Shown one piece after another: positions 37,700 through 51,618 of a DNA stretch of 64,000 nucleotides. The stretch spans positions 214,894,001 to 214,958,000 of the forward strand of contig NC_086097.1 of the NCBI RefSeq assembly GCF_963921235.1, read 5' to 3'. This DNA is from Mobula hypostoma. Taxonomy: Eukaryota. The notes below the pieces were generated by a model that was not told the origin of the DNA, did no database searches, and saw only the letters and a program-made list of their open reading frames with translations. The first letter of the stretch is position 1, and every line of letters starts with the position of its first letter. The position numbers and the translations under genes were made by a program.

Positions 37700-39118
37700 A
37701 CCACTGCGAGGCAGGAGCACATATCAATCCTCATAGAGGGATCAGAAGTGGAGAGAGTGAGCAGCTTCAAGTACCTGGATGTCAAAATCTCTGAGGATCT
37801 AACCTGGCCCCAACATATCAATGTAGTTAAGGTAAGGGGTGGGAAGCTCAAGGGGGATATTAGAGGAAGGTTTTTTACTCAGAGAGTGGTTGGTGCGTGG
37901 AATGCACTGCCTGAGTCAGTGGTGGAGGCAGATACACTAGTGAAATTTAAGAGACTACCAGACAGGTATATGGGGGAATTTAAGGCGGGTGTTTATATGG
38001 GAGGCAGGGTTTGAGGGTCGGCACAACATTGTGGGCTGAAGGGCCTGTACTGTGCTGTACTATTCTATGTAACATTCGGTACTTCAGGGCTACTCCATCA
38101 GTGAGCTGCTCGTTGATCGGAGTAGCTAAACTGGTGTCAGCAGCATAGCCGGCTGAAGGGTCGACCGAGATGGTGAATGGGTCAGCTGAGGTGTGAAATG
38201 AGCTGGTCGGGATATCGGAGGAGCCAGTTTGGGTACAGCGGAGCTAACTTGGCTACAGACTGTGTTGTTGCCCGCTACTCTGAAGCATGCGAGTTGGTGC
38301 AGTATTGTCTAGGACATTTCACTTGCGATCGCAAGTCTCTGATGGTCAGTGATAACGTAAGTTGCCACAAGCCTGTTACCATTGTCTGGTGGAGGGACAG
38401 TTGACATGGGAGTTGTGTCACCTCAGCTTTAGCGAGAACCAGGACTCAGGCCTCAGGCGTGTCTGCTGCTGCAGACCAGGTGAGAGACGTAGTTATAAAA
38501 AAGGCAACACAGTGGCTAAACTTCATTAGGAGTTTGAAGAGATTTGGCATGTCAACAAATACACTCAAAAACTTCTGTAGATGTACTGTGGAGAGCATTC
38601 TGACAGGCTGCATCACTGTCTGGTTTGGGGGTCTACTGCACAGGACCGAAAGAAGCTGCAGGAGGTTGTAAATCTAGTCAGCTCCATCTTGGGTACTAGC
38701 CAACAAAGTACCCAGAACATCTTTAGGGAGCGGTGTCTCAGAAAGGCAGCGTCCATTATTAAGGACCTCCAGCACCCAGAGCATGCCCTTTTCTCACTGT
38801 TACCATCAGGTAGGAGATTCAGAAGCATGAAGGCACACACTGAGTGATTCAGGAACAGCTTCTTCCTCTCTGCCATCCAATTCCTAAATGGACATTGAAT
38901 CTTAGGACATTACCTCACTTTTAAAAAAATATATAGTACTTCTGTTGTTGCACATTTTAAAAACCTATTCGATATACATAATTGATTTACTTAATTTATT
39001 ATTAGTGTATTTATTAATTTTTTTTTCTCTGCTAGATTATGTATTGCATTGAACTGCTGTTGCTAAGTTAACAAATTTCACTTCACATGCCGGTGATAAT
39101 AAACCTGATTCTGATTCT
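37700..39118 (+). mobile_element. Rex1/Babar-like 3' fragment interrupted at 37830-38488
   Basis: ERVSSFKYLDVKISEDLTW...VIKKATQWLNFIRSLKRFG...RKAASIIKD; tail aataaacctgattctgattct. Confidence 0.8.
37830..38488 (+). mobile_element. Composite insert: CR1 family D 3' end (37830-38070) plus 418 bp of unknown structured sequence; TSD gtagtta
   Basis: gtagtta at 37823-37829 and 38489-38495; the LINE part matches the reverse complement of 46091-46320. Confidence 0.75.
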
Positions 39119-39489
39119 CAAGAGTTTCCAGATTTTAAACTTCCACTTGTGAGGAAAGCATCTGATCAATCAGCAATTAATTGCCTCTGCCAGCAGCCTA
39201 AATCCTTAGTTTACATAAAGATTTGCTGGGTACTTCCAATTCTGAGCAATTTGGCAAAGGAGATTTAGGCCCATATTGGATTAAATTGTTATCAGCATAC
39301 TTGATAAAAGTCGTTATTACATCTTGTTCATCGTGTCAGCAGTTATGACATTTGTGAGTGTCACAGAGTTGCAGTTGACAGAAAATCACTATTGTAGGCT
39401 TAAAATGCGAGGATACCCATTATATCAAAAGAACAGGCAGGTGGGCAGAAGGAGTGAGGTGGCTTTGCTGGTAAAACTGAAATCAATGG

Positions 39490-42400
39490 GGCTTCAGCGA
39501 TAACAGGTTGAGGCGAGGTAAGCTACTTGTGAGGAATAGGAAGAATATGTGTGAGGTCGGTGTTCTGCACTGGGTGCCAGATGTGGGATGTCGGGGAGAT
39601 TCCCAGCCTCCCGGACGGCCACATCTGCGCCAGGTGAGTCGAACCGCAGCTCCTTAGGGACTGGGTTAGGGAACTGGAGATGCAGCTCGACGACCTTCAT
39701 TTTGTCAGGGATGGTAGGAGGCAATAGATAGGAGATATAGGCAAGTAGTCACACCGGGGCCTCGGGAGACAGATAAGTGGGTAACAGTCGGGAGAGGGAA
39801 GGGCAAGAGTCAGATACTAGCCCTGTGGCTGTCCCCCTTAACAATAAGTACTCCTGTTTGAGTACTGTTTGGGGAGGGGGGGGACCTACCTGGGGGAAGC
39901 AACAGTGGTCACACCTCAGGCACAGAGTCTGGCCCTGTGGCTCAGAAGGATAGGGAAAGGAAGAGGATGGCAGCAGTGATAGGGAACTCTATAGTTAGGG
40001 GGTCAGACAGGCGATTCTGTGGACGCAGGAAAGAAACACGGATGGTAGTTTGCCTCTCAGGTGCCAAAGTTCAGGATGTTTCTGATTGTGTTCACGATAT
40101 CCTGAAGTGGGAAGGTGAACAGCCAGAAGTACCAATGACATAAGTAGGAAAAGGGAAGAAAGTCCTGAAAACAGACTACCGGGAATTAGGAAAGAAGCTG
40201 AGAAGCAGGATGTCAAAGGTAGTAATCTCCAGATTACTGCCTGTGCCATGCAACAGTGAGTATAGGAATAGAGTGAGGTGGAGGATCAATGCATGGCTGA
40301 GAGATTGGAGCAGGGAGCAGAGATTCAGATTTCTGGATCATTGGGACCTCTTTTGGGGCAGGAGTGACCTGTACAAAAAGGACGGGTTGCCTTGAATCCG
40401 AGGGGGACCAATATCATTGCAGGGAGGTTTGCTAAGGCTATCGGGGAGAGTTTAAATTAGAATTGCTGTGGGGTGGGAACTGAGCTGAAGAGACTGGGGA
40501 AGGGGCAGTTGGCTCACAAATAGAGAAAGCTTGGAGACGTTACGAGAGGTTGGATAGGCAGATGATAAGTGAAGGGTAACGCTCAGACCGATGGTTTGAG
40601 ATGTGTCTATTTTAATGCAAGAAGCATCATGAACAAAGCGGATGAGCTGAGAGTGTGGTTCAGTACCTGGAACTATGATGTTGTGGCCATGAGAGACTCG
40701 GGTGGCTCAGGGGCAGGAATGGTTACTTACAGTGCCAGGCTTCAAATGTTTCAGAAAGGACAGAGAGGGAGGCAAAAGAGGTGGGGGCGTAGCACTGCTG
40801 ATCAGAGATAGTGTCACGGCTGCAGAAAAGGAGGAAGTCATGGAGGGATTGCCTACTTAGTCTCTGTGGGTGGAAGTTAGAAACAGGAAGCGGTCAATAA
40901 CTCTACTGGGTGTTTTTATAGCCCACCAAATAGTAACAGGGACATTGAGGAGCAGATAGGGGGACAGAGTCTGGAAAAGTGTAATAATAACAGAGGTTTC
41001 ATGGTGGGAGATTTAAAATTCCTAAATATTGATTGGCATCCCTACAGCAATGGGTTTAGATGGGGTGGAGTTTGTTAAGTGTGTTCAGGAAGGTTTCCTG
41101 ACACAATATGTAGATAAGCCAACAAGAGGAGAGTCTGTACTTGATCGGGTATTGGGAAATTAATCTGGTTAGGTGTCATATCCGTCAGTTAGAGAGCATT
41201 TTGGAGATAGTGATCACAATTCTATCTCCTTTACCATAGCATTGGAGAGGAATAGGAACAGACAAGTTAGGAGAGCATTTAATTGGAGTAAGGGAAAATA
41301 TGAAGTTATCAGGCAGGAACTTGGAAGCATAAATTGGGAACAGGTGTTCTCAGGGAAATGTGTGGCAGAAATGTGGCAAATGTTCAGGGGATATTTGTGT
41401 GACGCTCTGCATAGGTACATTCCAATAAGACAGGGAAAGGATGGTACGGTACAGGAACCATGGTGTACAAAGGCTGTTGTAAATCTAGGCAAGAAGAAAA
41501 GAAGAGCTTACGAAAAGTTCAAAAGACTAGGTAATGATAGAGATCTAGAAGATTATAAAGCTAGCAGGAAGGAGCTTAAGAATGAAATTAGGAGAGCCAG
41601 AAGGGGCCACGAGAAGGCCTTGGCGAGCAGGATTAAGGAAAACCCGAAGACATTCTACAAGTATGTGAAGACCAAGAGGATAAGATGTGAGAGAATAGGA
41701 CCAATCAAGTGTGACAGTGGAAAAGTGTGTATGGACCCAGAGGAGATAGTAGAGATACTTAATGAATACTTTGCTTCAGTATTCACTATGGAAAAGGATC
41801 TTGGCTATTGTAGGGATGACTTACGGTGGACTGAAAAGCTTGAGCATATAGACATTAAGAAAGAGGATGTGCTGGAGCTTCTGAAAAGCATCAAGTTGGA
41901 TAAGTCTCCAGGACTGGACAAGATGTACCCCAGGCTACTATGGGAGGCAAGAGAGGAGATTGCTGAGCATCTGGCAATGATCTTTCAATTATCAATGGGG
42001 ACGGGGAGGTTCCAGTGGATTGGAGGGTTGCAAATTTTGTTCCTCTTTCAAGAAAGGGAGTAGAGATAGCCTAGGAAATTATAGACCAGTGAGTCTTACT
42101 TCAGTGGTTGACGAGGAATAATCAGCTTGGCTTGTCAAAGGCAGGTTGTGCCTTACAAGCCTGATTGAATTTTTTGAGAATGTTACTAAACATGTTGATG
42201 AAGGCAGAGCAGTAGATGTAGTGTATATGGATTTCAGCAAGGCATTTGATAAGGTTCCCTATGCAAGGCTTATTGAGAAAATAATGAGGCATGGGATCTA
42301 AAGGGACATTGCTTTTTGTGGATCCAAAATTGGCTGCCCACAGAAGGCAATGAGTGGTTGTAGACAGGTCATATTCTGCATGGAGGTCGGTGACCAGTGG

Positions 42401-43226
42401 TGCGCCTCAAGGATCTGTCCTGGGACCCCTGCTCTTTGTGATTTTTACAAATGGCCTGGATGAGGAAGTGGAGGGATGGGTTAGTAAATTTGCTGATGAC
42501 ACAAAGGTTGGGGGTGTTGTGGATAGTGTGGAGGGCTGTCAGAGATTACAGTGGGACATCGATAGGATGTAAAACTGGGCTGAGAAGTGGCAGATGGAGT
42601 TCAACCCAGATAAGTGTGTGGTGGTTCATTTTCGTAGGTCAAATATGATGGCAGAATATAGTATTAATGGTAACACCCTTGGCAGTGTGTAGGATCAGTG
42701 GGATGTTGGGGTCCGAGTCCATAGGACACTCAAAGCTGCTGTGCAGGTTGACTGTGTGGTTAAGAAGGCACACGGTGCATTGGCCTTCATCAATCGTGGG
42801 ACTGAGTTTAGGAGCCGAGAGGTAATGTTGCAGCTATATAGGACTCTGGTCAGACCCCACTTGGAGTGTTGTGCTCAGTTCTGGTCGCCTCACTATATGA
42901 AGTATGTGGAAACCATAGAAAGAGTGCAGAGGAGATTTACAAGGATGTTGCCTGGATTGGGGAGCATGCCTTATAAGAATAGGTTGAGTGAACTCGGCTT
43001 TTTCTACTTGGAGCAACCGAGGATGAGAGGTGACCTGATAGAGGTGTATAAGATGATGAGAGGCATTGATCATGTGGATAGTCAGAGGCTTTTTCCCAGG
43101 ACTGAAATGGCTAAAGCTTAGAGGGCTATGGGTAACCCCAGGTAACTTCTAAAGTAAGTACATGCTCAGCACAGTATTGTGGGCCGAATGGCCTGTATTG
43201 TGCTGTAGCTTTTCTATGTTTCTATG
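39490..43226 (+). mobile_element. CR1 family C, near full length, degenerate
   Basis: ORF1 zinc-finger and esterase remnants, APE/RT ORFs 41173, 42354 and 42741; tail ttctatgtttctatgt. Confidence 0.9.
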
Positions 43227-43707
43227 TAATAGTAGTACATGTACTGAGCACCATGATAAAAAAAAACATTTTTGCACAAATCTTAAAGCTCGGCTTAGAG
43301 CAGTCAATATTGACAGGGAAGCCTGTAAAGATAAGAATGCTGAACAAGAAAAGTTCCACCACAGAAAGATGAGAAGGCAGGCATGAAGAAATCAAAGTTA
43401 AAAATGAAGCTGCTGACTGTAGAAAACATAAAGGAATTGAAGAGGTATTACACAGAAGCCCATCTTTAATTCCCCTATGTACTTGGAAGAAAGAAATTAA
43501 GCAGAGTAACAACGGCTTCTTCATCCTCAAAGATGTTCAGGATAAAGTTACAGGGAATTGATCTCAAAAAAGCTTGCTGAATCTGCCCAATCTGCAGTTA
43601 AAGGAGGTGAATCTGAGGGAGCAACTCCGAGAAATGAGGTTTCTTTGCTTCAGAATTCTTCATAATCACCTTCATATCCAGATCAAGTAAAATGAGATTT
43701 TCACCAC

Positions 43708-44660
43708 AGTACTACTGGGTGTTGGACTTCCTAACCAACAGACCTCAGATAGTTAGGATGCACAACCACACCCCCCTCCCCATCATCCTTGATCCTGGCG
43801 ACCCCCAGGGCTGTGTGCTGAGCCCGTTGCCGTACACTCTGCTCACACATGACTGCACAGTAATCACAATGTCAAGTTCACATGGGGCTCATCACCAACA
43901 ATGAGATGGCCTACAGAGAGGAGGAGGAAGGACTCGAAGCCTGGTACCAGGCAAAAAGCTTCTTCTGTAATGTCTACAAGACAAAGGAGATGGTGAGCGC
44001 CTTCAGCAGAACTCACACCAGTCAGACCCCTCTTTACTTCAGCATTGGAAACTGCGAGCAATTTCAACCTCTTGGGAGAGCACATCTTGCACAACCTCTC
44101 ACGGTCCCAGAACACATTCTACACAATCAGAAAAAGCTCACCAACACCTCTACTTTCTGAGGTGGCTGAAGAGAGCTGGACTTTGCACATCTATACTGAT
44201 GTACGTCATTCTCAAGACGGGCAGTAGGGAGACTCCTGACAAGCTGCCTCATTGCTTGGTACAGAATCCGCACTGCAGTGAACAGGAAGTCAAAACTGCC
44301 CAATGCATCACCAGCACCAGTCTACCTGCCATCAAGGACATACAGAAAGAAAGGTGTCTGTAAAAGGCTAGTAGCATCATAAAGCATCCCTCCCACCCTG
44401 TTCATGGGCTGTTTGTCCCACTCCCATCGGGGTGGGGGGGGGGGCTATGCAGCATAAATGCTAGAACCATTAAACTCAAAAACAGTTACATTCCCCAAAC
44501 AGTAAGGCTGATCAACACCTTCACCCACTGACCTAACCCACCACAGGCCCAACCACCACCACTTTATCATTTCCTGTCACCTTACGTACAGACACTCCTG
44601 TGCCTAGCGTCACTTCACGGACATACAATCAATGTACATAAGCTATCTTATTTATTTATA
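43708..44660 (+). mobile_element. Decayed Rex1/Babar-like RT fragment
   Basis: WVLDFLTNRPQIVR...GDPQGCVLSPLPYTLLTHDC. Confidence 0.72.
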
Positions 44661-44714
44661 TTTAATGGGTGAAGTCAGTTGGAGCAATCGTCACAGGGGA
44701 CTCAACAGGAGATA

Positions 44715-47700
44715 CTGCAGCAGCAAAAGAGACACCAGGATAGTGCGTTGCCTCCCAGGTGCTAGGGTCCAGGATGTCTCTGAGTGGTTGCAGAATATTC
44801 TTCAACGGGAGGGTGAGCTGCCAGAGTTCATGCTATATATTGGTACCGATGACATAGGCAAGAGAGGGGTAGAGGTCCTGCTCAGTAAGTTTAGGGAGTT
44901 AGGATGAAGGTTGAAGAGCAGGACCTCCAAGGTGGTAATCTCCAGATTACTCCCAGTGCAACGAGCTGGGGAAGGTCAGAACAGGAAGATACCCTGACGA
45001 ATGAGTGGCTGAGGAGATGGTGCAGGGGGCAGGGTTTCATGTTCTTGGATCATTGGAACCTTTTCCGGGGAAGGGGTGACTTGTACAAGTGGGACAGGTT
45101 GCACCTGAACTGGAGGGGAACTGATATCCTGCGAGGGAGGGTTTAAACTAGATTTGCAGGGTGCTGGTAATTGAAATGAAGAGGCAGAGGATGGGGGCGA
45201 TTGGCACACCAGGAGAGACAGATTATAGTGAGTTTGTGAGGAAGGATAGGCAGATGATAGCGCAAAGATGCACTCAGCCAGATGGTTTCAGATGTGTCTA
45301 TTTTAAAGCAGTGAGTATCATAAACAAGGCGGATAAATTTAGAGTGTGGATGACTATGTCGAACTATGACACTGTGGCCATTACAGAGACTTGGATGGCT
45401 CAGGGGTAGGAATGGCTGATGAGTGTGCCAGGCTCTCGATGTTTCAAAAAGCATAGGGAGGGAGGCACAAGAGGTGGGAGTGTGGCATTGCTAATTAAGG
45501 ATAGTGTCACAGCTGCAGAGAAGGAGGAAGTCATGGAGGAATTGTCGACTAAGCCAGTATGGATACACATTAAGAAAGAGGATATGCTGGAGATTCTGAA
45601 AAGCATTATCTAAGATAATTCACTGGGTCCGGACAAGATGTACCCCAGGCTACTATGAGAAGTGAGGGAGGAGATTGCTGAGCCCCTGGTGATGATCTTT
45701 GCATCATCAGTAGGGACGGGAGAAGTACCAGAGGATTGGAGGGATGCAAATGTTGTTCAAAAAAAGTAGTACAGAGAACCCAGGAAATTATAGACCAGTA
45801 ACCCGTCTTACTTTAGTAGTGGCCAAGTTGTTGGAGAAGCTCCTGAGAGGCAGGATTTATGAGCATTTGGAGAGACATCATCTGATCAGGGATAGTCAGC
45901 ATTGCTTTGTCAAGGGCAGGTCGTGCCTTACAAGCCTAAATGAATTCTTTGAGGATGTAACAAAACACATTGATGAAGGTAGTGTTTATGGATTTCAGTA
46001 AGGCATTTGATAAGGCTCCCCTTGCAAGGCTCATTCAGAAAGTAAGGCGGCATGGAACCCAAGGAGACGATGCTCTGTGGATCCAGAATAGAACAGCACA
46101 GTACAGGCCATTCAGCCCACAATGTTGTGCCGACCCTTAACCCATACCTCACATATAACCCCACCTTAAATTCCTCCATATACCTGTCTCGCAGTCTCTT
46201 AAATTTCACTAGTGTATCTGCCTCCACCACTGACTCAAGCAGTGCATTCCACGCACCAACCACTCTCTGACTAAAAAAACCTTCCTCTAATATCCCCCTT
46301 GAACTTCCCACCCCTTACCTGAAAGCCACGTCCTCCTGTATTGAGCAGTGGTGCCCTGGGGAAGAGGCGCTGGTTGTCCACTCTATCTATTCCTCTCAAT
46401 AACTTGTATACCTCTATAATGTATCCTCTCATCCTCCTTCTCTCCAAAGAGCCTTAGCTCCCTTAATCTCTGATCATAATCCCTACTCTCTAAACCAGGC
46501 AGCATCCTGGTAAATCTCCTCTGTACCCTTTCCAATGCTTCTACATCCTTCCTATAGTGAGGCAACCAGAACCAGGACACAGTACTCCAAGTGTGGCCTA
46601 ACCAGAGTTTTATAGAGCTGTATCATTACCATGTGACTGTTAAACTCTATCCCTTGCCTTATGAAAGCTAACACCCCATAAGCTTTCTCAACTACCCTAT
46701 CCACCTGTGAGGCAACTTTCAGGGATCTGTGGACATGTACTCCCAGATCCCTCTGTTCCTCCACACTACCATGTATCGTGCCATTTACTTTGTACTCTGC
46801 CTTGGAGTTTGTCCTTCCAAAGTGTACCACCTCACACTTCTCCGGGTTGAACTCCATCTGCCACTTCTCAGCCCACTTCTGCATCCTATCAATGTCTCTC
46901 TGCAATCTTTGACAATCCTCTACACTATCTACAACACCACCAACCTTTGTGTTGTCTGCAAACTTGCCAACCCACCCTTCTACCCCCATATTCAGGTCGT
47001 TAATAACAATCACGAAAAGTGGAGGCTTCAGACCGATCCTTGTGGGACATCTCTAGTCACAACCCTCCAATCTGAATGTACTCCCTCCACCATGACCCTC
47101 TGCTTTCTGCAGGCAAGCCAATTCTGAATCCACCTGGCCAAACTTCCCTGGATCCCATGCCTTCTGACTTTCTGAACAAGCCTACCATGTGGAACCTTGT
47201 CAAATGCCTTACTAAAATCCATGTAGATCACATCCACTGCACTACCCTCATCTATATGCCTGGTCACTTCCTCAAAGAACTCTATCAGGCTTGTTAGACA
47301 CGATCTGCCCTTCACAAAGCCATGCTGACTGTCCGTGATCAGACCATGATTCTCTAAATGCCCAGAGATCCTATCTCTAAGAATCTTTTCCAACAGCTTT
47401 CCCACCACAGACGTAAGGCTCACTGGTCTATAATTACCCGGACTATCCCAACTACCTTTTTTTGAACAAGGGGACAACATTCGCCTCCTTCCAATCCTCT
47501 GGTTCCATTCCCATGGACAACGAGGACATGAAAATCCTAGCCAGAGGCTCAGCAATCTCTTCCCTTGCCTCTAGGAGCAGCCTGGGGAATATTCCGTCAG
47601 GCTCTGGGGACTTCTCCGTCCTAATGTATTTTAACAACTCCAACACCTCCCCTCCCTTAATATCAGCATGCTCCAGAACATCAACCTCACTCATATTGTC

Positions 47701-48438
47701 CTCACCTTTATCAAGTTCCCTCTCATTGGTGAATACCGAAGAGAAGTATTCATTGAGGACCTCGCTCACTTCCACAGCCTCCAGGCACATCTTCCCATCT
47801 TTATCTCTAATCGGTCCTACCTTCACTCCTGTCATCCTTTTTTTCTTCACATAATTGAAGAATGCCTTGGGGTTTTCCTTTATCCTACTCGCCAAGGCCT
47901 TCTCATGCCCCCTTCTTGCTCTCCTCAGCCCCTTACACTCCTTTCCTGCTACCCTATATTCCTCAATAGACCAATCTGATCCTTGCTTCCTAAACCTCAT
48001 GTATGCTGCCTTCTTCCACCTGACTAGATTTTCCACCTCACTTGTCACCCATGGTTCCTTCACCCTACCATTCTTTATCTTCCTCACCAGGACAAATTTA
48101 TCCCTAACATCCAGCAAGTGATCCCTAAGCATCGAGCACATGTCCACAGTACATTTCTCTGCAAAAATATCATCCCAATTCACACCTGCAAGTTCTAGCC
48201 TTATAGCCTCATAATTTGCCCTTCCCCAATTAAAAATTTCCCTGTCCTCTCTGATTCTATCCTTTTCCATGATAATTATAAAGGCCAGGGAGCGGTGGTC
48301 ACTGTCCCCCAGATGCTCACCCACTGAGAGATCTGTGACCTGACCCGGCTTGTCCACAGAATGTAAAGGGTGGTTGTAGAGGGTTCGCATTCTGCATGGA
48401 GGTCGGTGAGCAGTGGTGTTCTGCTGGGATCTGTTCTC
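44715..48438 (+). mobile_element. C-like CR1 with internal deletions, interrupted by family D
   Basis: ORF1 esterase, junction and RT remnants; the host resumes at ~48346 (ggcttgtccacagaa). Confidence 0.8.
46091..48347 (-). mobile_element. CR1 family D, 5'-truncated
   Basis: Minus-strand ORFs within 47452..48831, 47028..47555 and 46552..47013 give APE end plus RT. Confidence 0.9.
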
Positions 48439-49103
48439 AACAAGTAATCTATTTTGAGTACTTTTGTGAGGTGGAGGGGGATGGTCTACCTGGAGGAAGC
48501 AACAGTGGCTTTGCCTCCGGCACTCAGTCTGGCCGTCGTGGCTCAGAAAGGTAGGAAAGTGAAGAGAATGGCAGAAGATATACAGGACTCTATAGACAGG
48601 GGAACAGATAGGTGATTCTGTGGATGCAAAAAGGAAACATGGATGGTAGATTGCCTCCCAGGTGCCTGGGTCCAAGATGTTTCTGGATGCGTCCACAGTG
48701 TCCTGAAAGTGGAGGGTGAGCAGCCAGAAGTCATGGTACATTTTGGTACCAATGATGTAGGAAGAAAGAGGGAGTAGGTCCTGAAAAAAAATACAGGGGA
48801 TTAGGAAGGAAGCTAAGAAGCAGGTCCACAAGTGCAGTAATCTCAGGATTGCTCCCTATGTTACAAAGCAGTGAGGATAGGAATAAAATGAGGTGGGAGA
48901 TAAATGTGTGGCTGAAGAATTGGGACGAGGGCAGGGATTTAGATTTCTGGATAATTAGGACCTCTTCTGGGATAGATGGACCTGTACAGGTTGCACTTCA
49001 ATCTGACGGGGACCAATATTCTTGCGAGCAGATTTATTAGAGCTGTTGGGAGTGGTTTAAACTAATATGGCTGGGGGATGGGATCCAGGATGATAGAGCA
49101 GAG

Positions 49104-50837
49104 CAACACACACAAAATGCTGGAGGAACTCAGAAGCGAGGTAGGAGTATTGCTGAGCCTCTGGCAATGATCTCTGCATCATAAATGGGGACAGGAGAGG
49201 TTCCGGAGGATTGGAGGGTTGCGGATGTCGTTCCCTTATTCAAGAAAGGGAGTAGAGATAGCCCAGAAAATTATAGACTAGTAAGTCTTACTTCAGTGGT
49301 TGGTAAGTTGATGGAAAAGATCCTGAGAGGTAGGATTTATGAACATTTGGAGAGGCATAATATGATTAGGAATAGTCAGCATGGCTTTGTCAAAGGCAGG
49401 TCATGCCTTACAAGCCTAACTGTATTTTTTGAGGATGTGACTAAACATATTGATGAAGGTAGAGCCGTAGACGTAGTCTATATGGATTTCTGCAAGGCAT
49501 TTGACAAGGTACCCCATGCAAGGCTTATTGAGAAAGTAAGGAGACATGGGATCCAAGGGGACATTGCTTTGTGGATCCAGAACCGGCTTGCCCACTGAAG
49601 GCAAAGAGTGGTTGTGGACGGGTCATATTCTGCATGGAGGTCAGTGACCAGTGGTGTGCCTCAAGGATCTGTTCTGGGACCCCTTCTCTTCAAGATTTTT
49701 ACAAATGATCTGGATGAGGAAGTGGAGGGATGGGTTAGTAAATTTGCTGATGATACAAAGGTTGAGGGTGTTGTGGACAGTGTGGAGGGCTGTCAGATGT
49801 TACAGCGGGACATCGAAAGAATGCAAAACTGGGCTGAGAAGTGGCAGATGGAGTTCAACCCAGGTAAGTATGAGGTGGTTCATTTTGGTTGGTCAAAAAT
49901 CATGTCAGAATATATTATTAATGGTAAGACTCTTGGCAGTGTGGAGGATCAGAGGGATCTTGGGGTCCCAGTCCATAGGACACTCAAAGCTGCTGCGCAG
50001 GTCGACTGTGTGGTTCAGAAGGCATATGGTGTATTGGCCTTCATCAACCATGGGATTGAGTTCAAGACCCACGAGGTAATGTTACAGCTATATAGGACCC
50101 TGGTCAGACCCCACTTGGAATACTGTGCTCAGTTCTGGTCACCTCACTACAGGAAGGATGTGGAAACCATAGAAAGGGTGCAGAGGAGATTTACAAGGAT
50201 GTTGCCTGGATTGGCGAGCATGCCTTATGAGAATAGGTTGAGTGAACTTGGTCTTTTCTCCTTGGAGTGACGGAGGATAAGAGGTGACATGATAGAGCTG
50301 TATAAGGTGATGAGAGGCATTGACTGTGTGGATAGTCAGAGGCTTTTTCCCAGGGCTGAAATGGCTAACAAGAGAGGGCATAGTTTTAAGATGCTTGGAA
50401 GTAGGTACAGAGGACATGTCAGGGATAAGTTTTTTTTAAAACACAGAGAGTGGTGAGTGCGTGGAATGGGCTGCTGGTGACAGTGGTGGAGGCAGATAGG
50501 ACAGGGTCTTTTAAGAGACTCCTGGATAGGTACATGGAGCTTAGAAAAATAGAGGGCTATGGGTAACCTGAGGTAATTTCTAATGAAAGTACGTTCAGCA
50601 CAGCATTGTGGGCCAAAGGGCCTGTACAGTGTTGTAGGATTTTCTATGTTTCTAACTCAGCAGGCCAAGCAGTATCTATGGAAAAGAGCACAGTCGACGT
50701 TTCGGGCCTGCTGAAGGGTTTCGGCCCAAAACGTCAACTGTACTCTTTTCCATAGATGCTGCCTGTCCTGCTGAGTTCCTCCAGCAGTTTGTGTGTGTTG
50801 TTTGGATTTACAGCTTGGGCAGATCTTCTCTTGTTTG
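49104..50837. mobile_element. Palindromic Penelope-type element split by a CR1-C insertion; TSD tgatagagc(a/t)gag
   Basis: Arms at 49104-49133 and 50654-50837; TSD at 49091-49103 and 50838-50850. Confidence 0.75.
49134..50653 (+). mobile_element. CR1 family C 5'-truncated RT copy; TSD aactcag
   Basis: ORFs 49185..49598 and 49608..50270; aactcag flanks both ends. Confidence 0.9.
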
Positions 50838-51618
50838 TGATAGAGCTGAGGATGAGCCATCAGATTTACAAATAGATAATGGGTGTAAAATGAATGTAAG
50901 GAAGGACAAGCCAATGAGTGGACACAAATGCAGACAGAGCAGGGAGTTAAATTGTATCATAGAGGCAAAATTCAAAAGGGCAAAGAATGCAGGACAGAGA
51001 TGCTGTATTTAAATATGCGTAGCATTCGGAATAAGGTGGATGAACTCGTGGCACAATGAGAGATTGGTTGGTGTGATGTTGTGGGCATCACTGAGTCATG
51101 GCTGAAAGGCGGCCACAGTTGAAAGCTTCAGCCACCTCTGCTCTGCTGTCATCCCCGCCAGTATCCTTCTCCAATCCACCTGGGCAAGATACCTTGTATT
51201 GAAAGGACAGGCAGAAAGGCAATAGTGTGGCTCTGTTGGTAAGAGATGGAATTACATCTATAGAAAGAGGTGACAGAGGGTCAGAGAATGTTCAATCTTT
51301 GTGGGTGAAGTAAGAAACTGCAAGGGTACAAAAAACATTCTGGGAATCACATAAAGGCTTCCAAACAGTAGCCAAGATGTGGGGTTGAGATTGCAAAGGG
51401 AGCTGGAAAAGGCATGTAATAATGATAATGACACAATTGTAATAGGGGACTTCAATATGCAAAGGGATTGGGAAAATCACGTTGGTGTCAGATTGCGAGA
51501 GAGGGAATTTGTTGAATACCTATGAGATGGCTTTTTAGAACATCTTGTGCTTGAGCCTACTTGGGGAAAGGCTATCTTAGATTGGATGTTGTGTAATAAC
51601 GCAGATCTTATTAGGGAG

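Noticed and set aside
38345..38400. Twister-like words (TAA, AAGC, GAGGG) and 28S-like words in the unknown insert
   Set aside because: I could not build the required P2/T1 pairings or a collinear rRNA alignment; needs cmscan.
47452..48831. 459-aa minus-strand ORF as a novel fusion gene
   Set aside because: Chance read-through from antisense B/C sequence into the family D ORF2 across an insertion junction.
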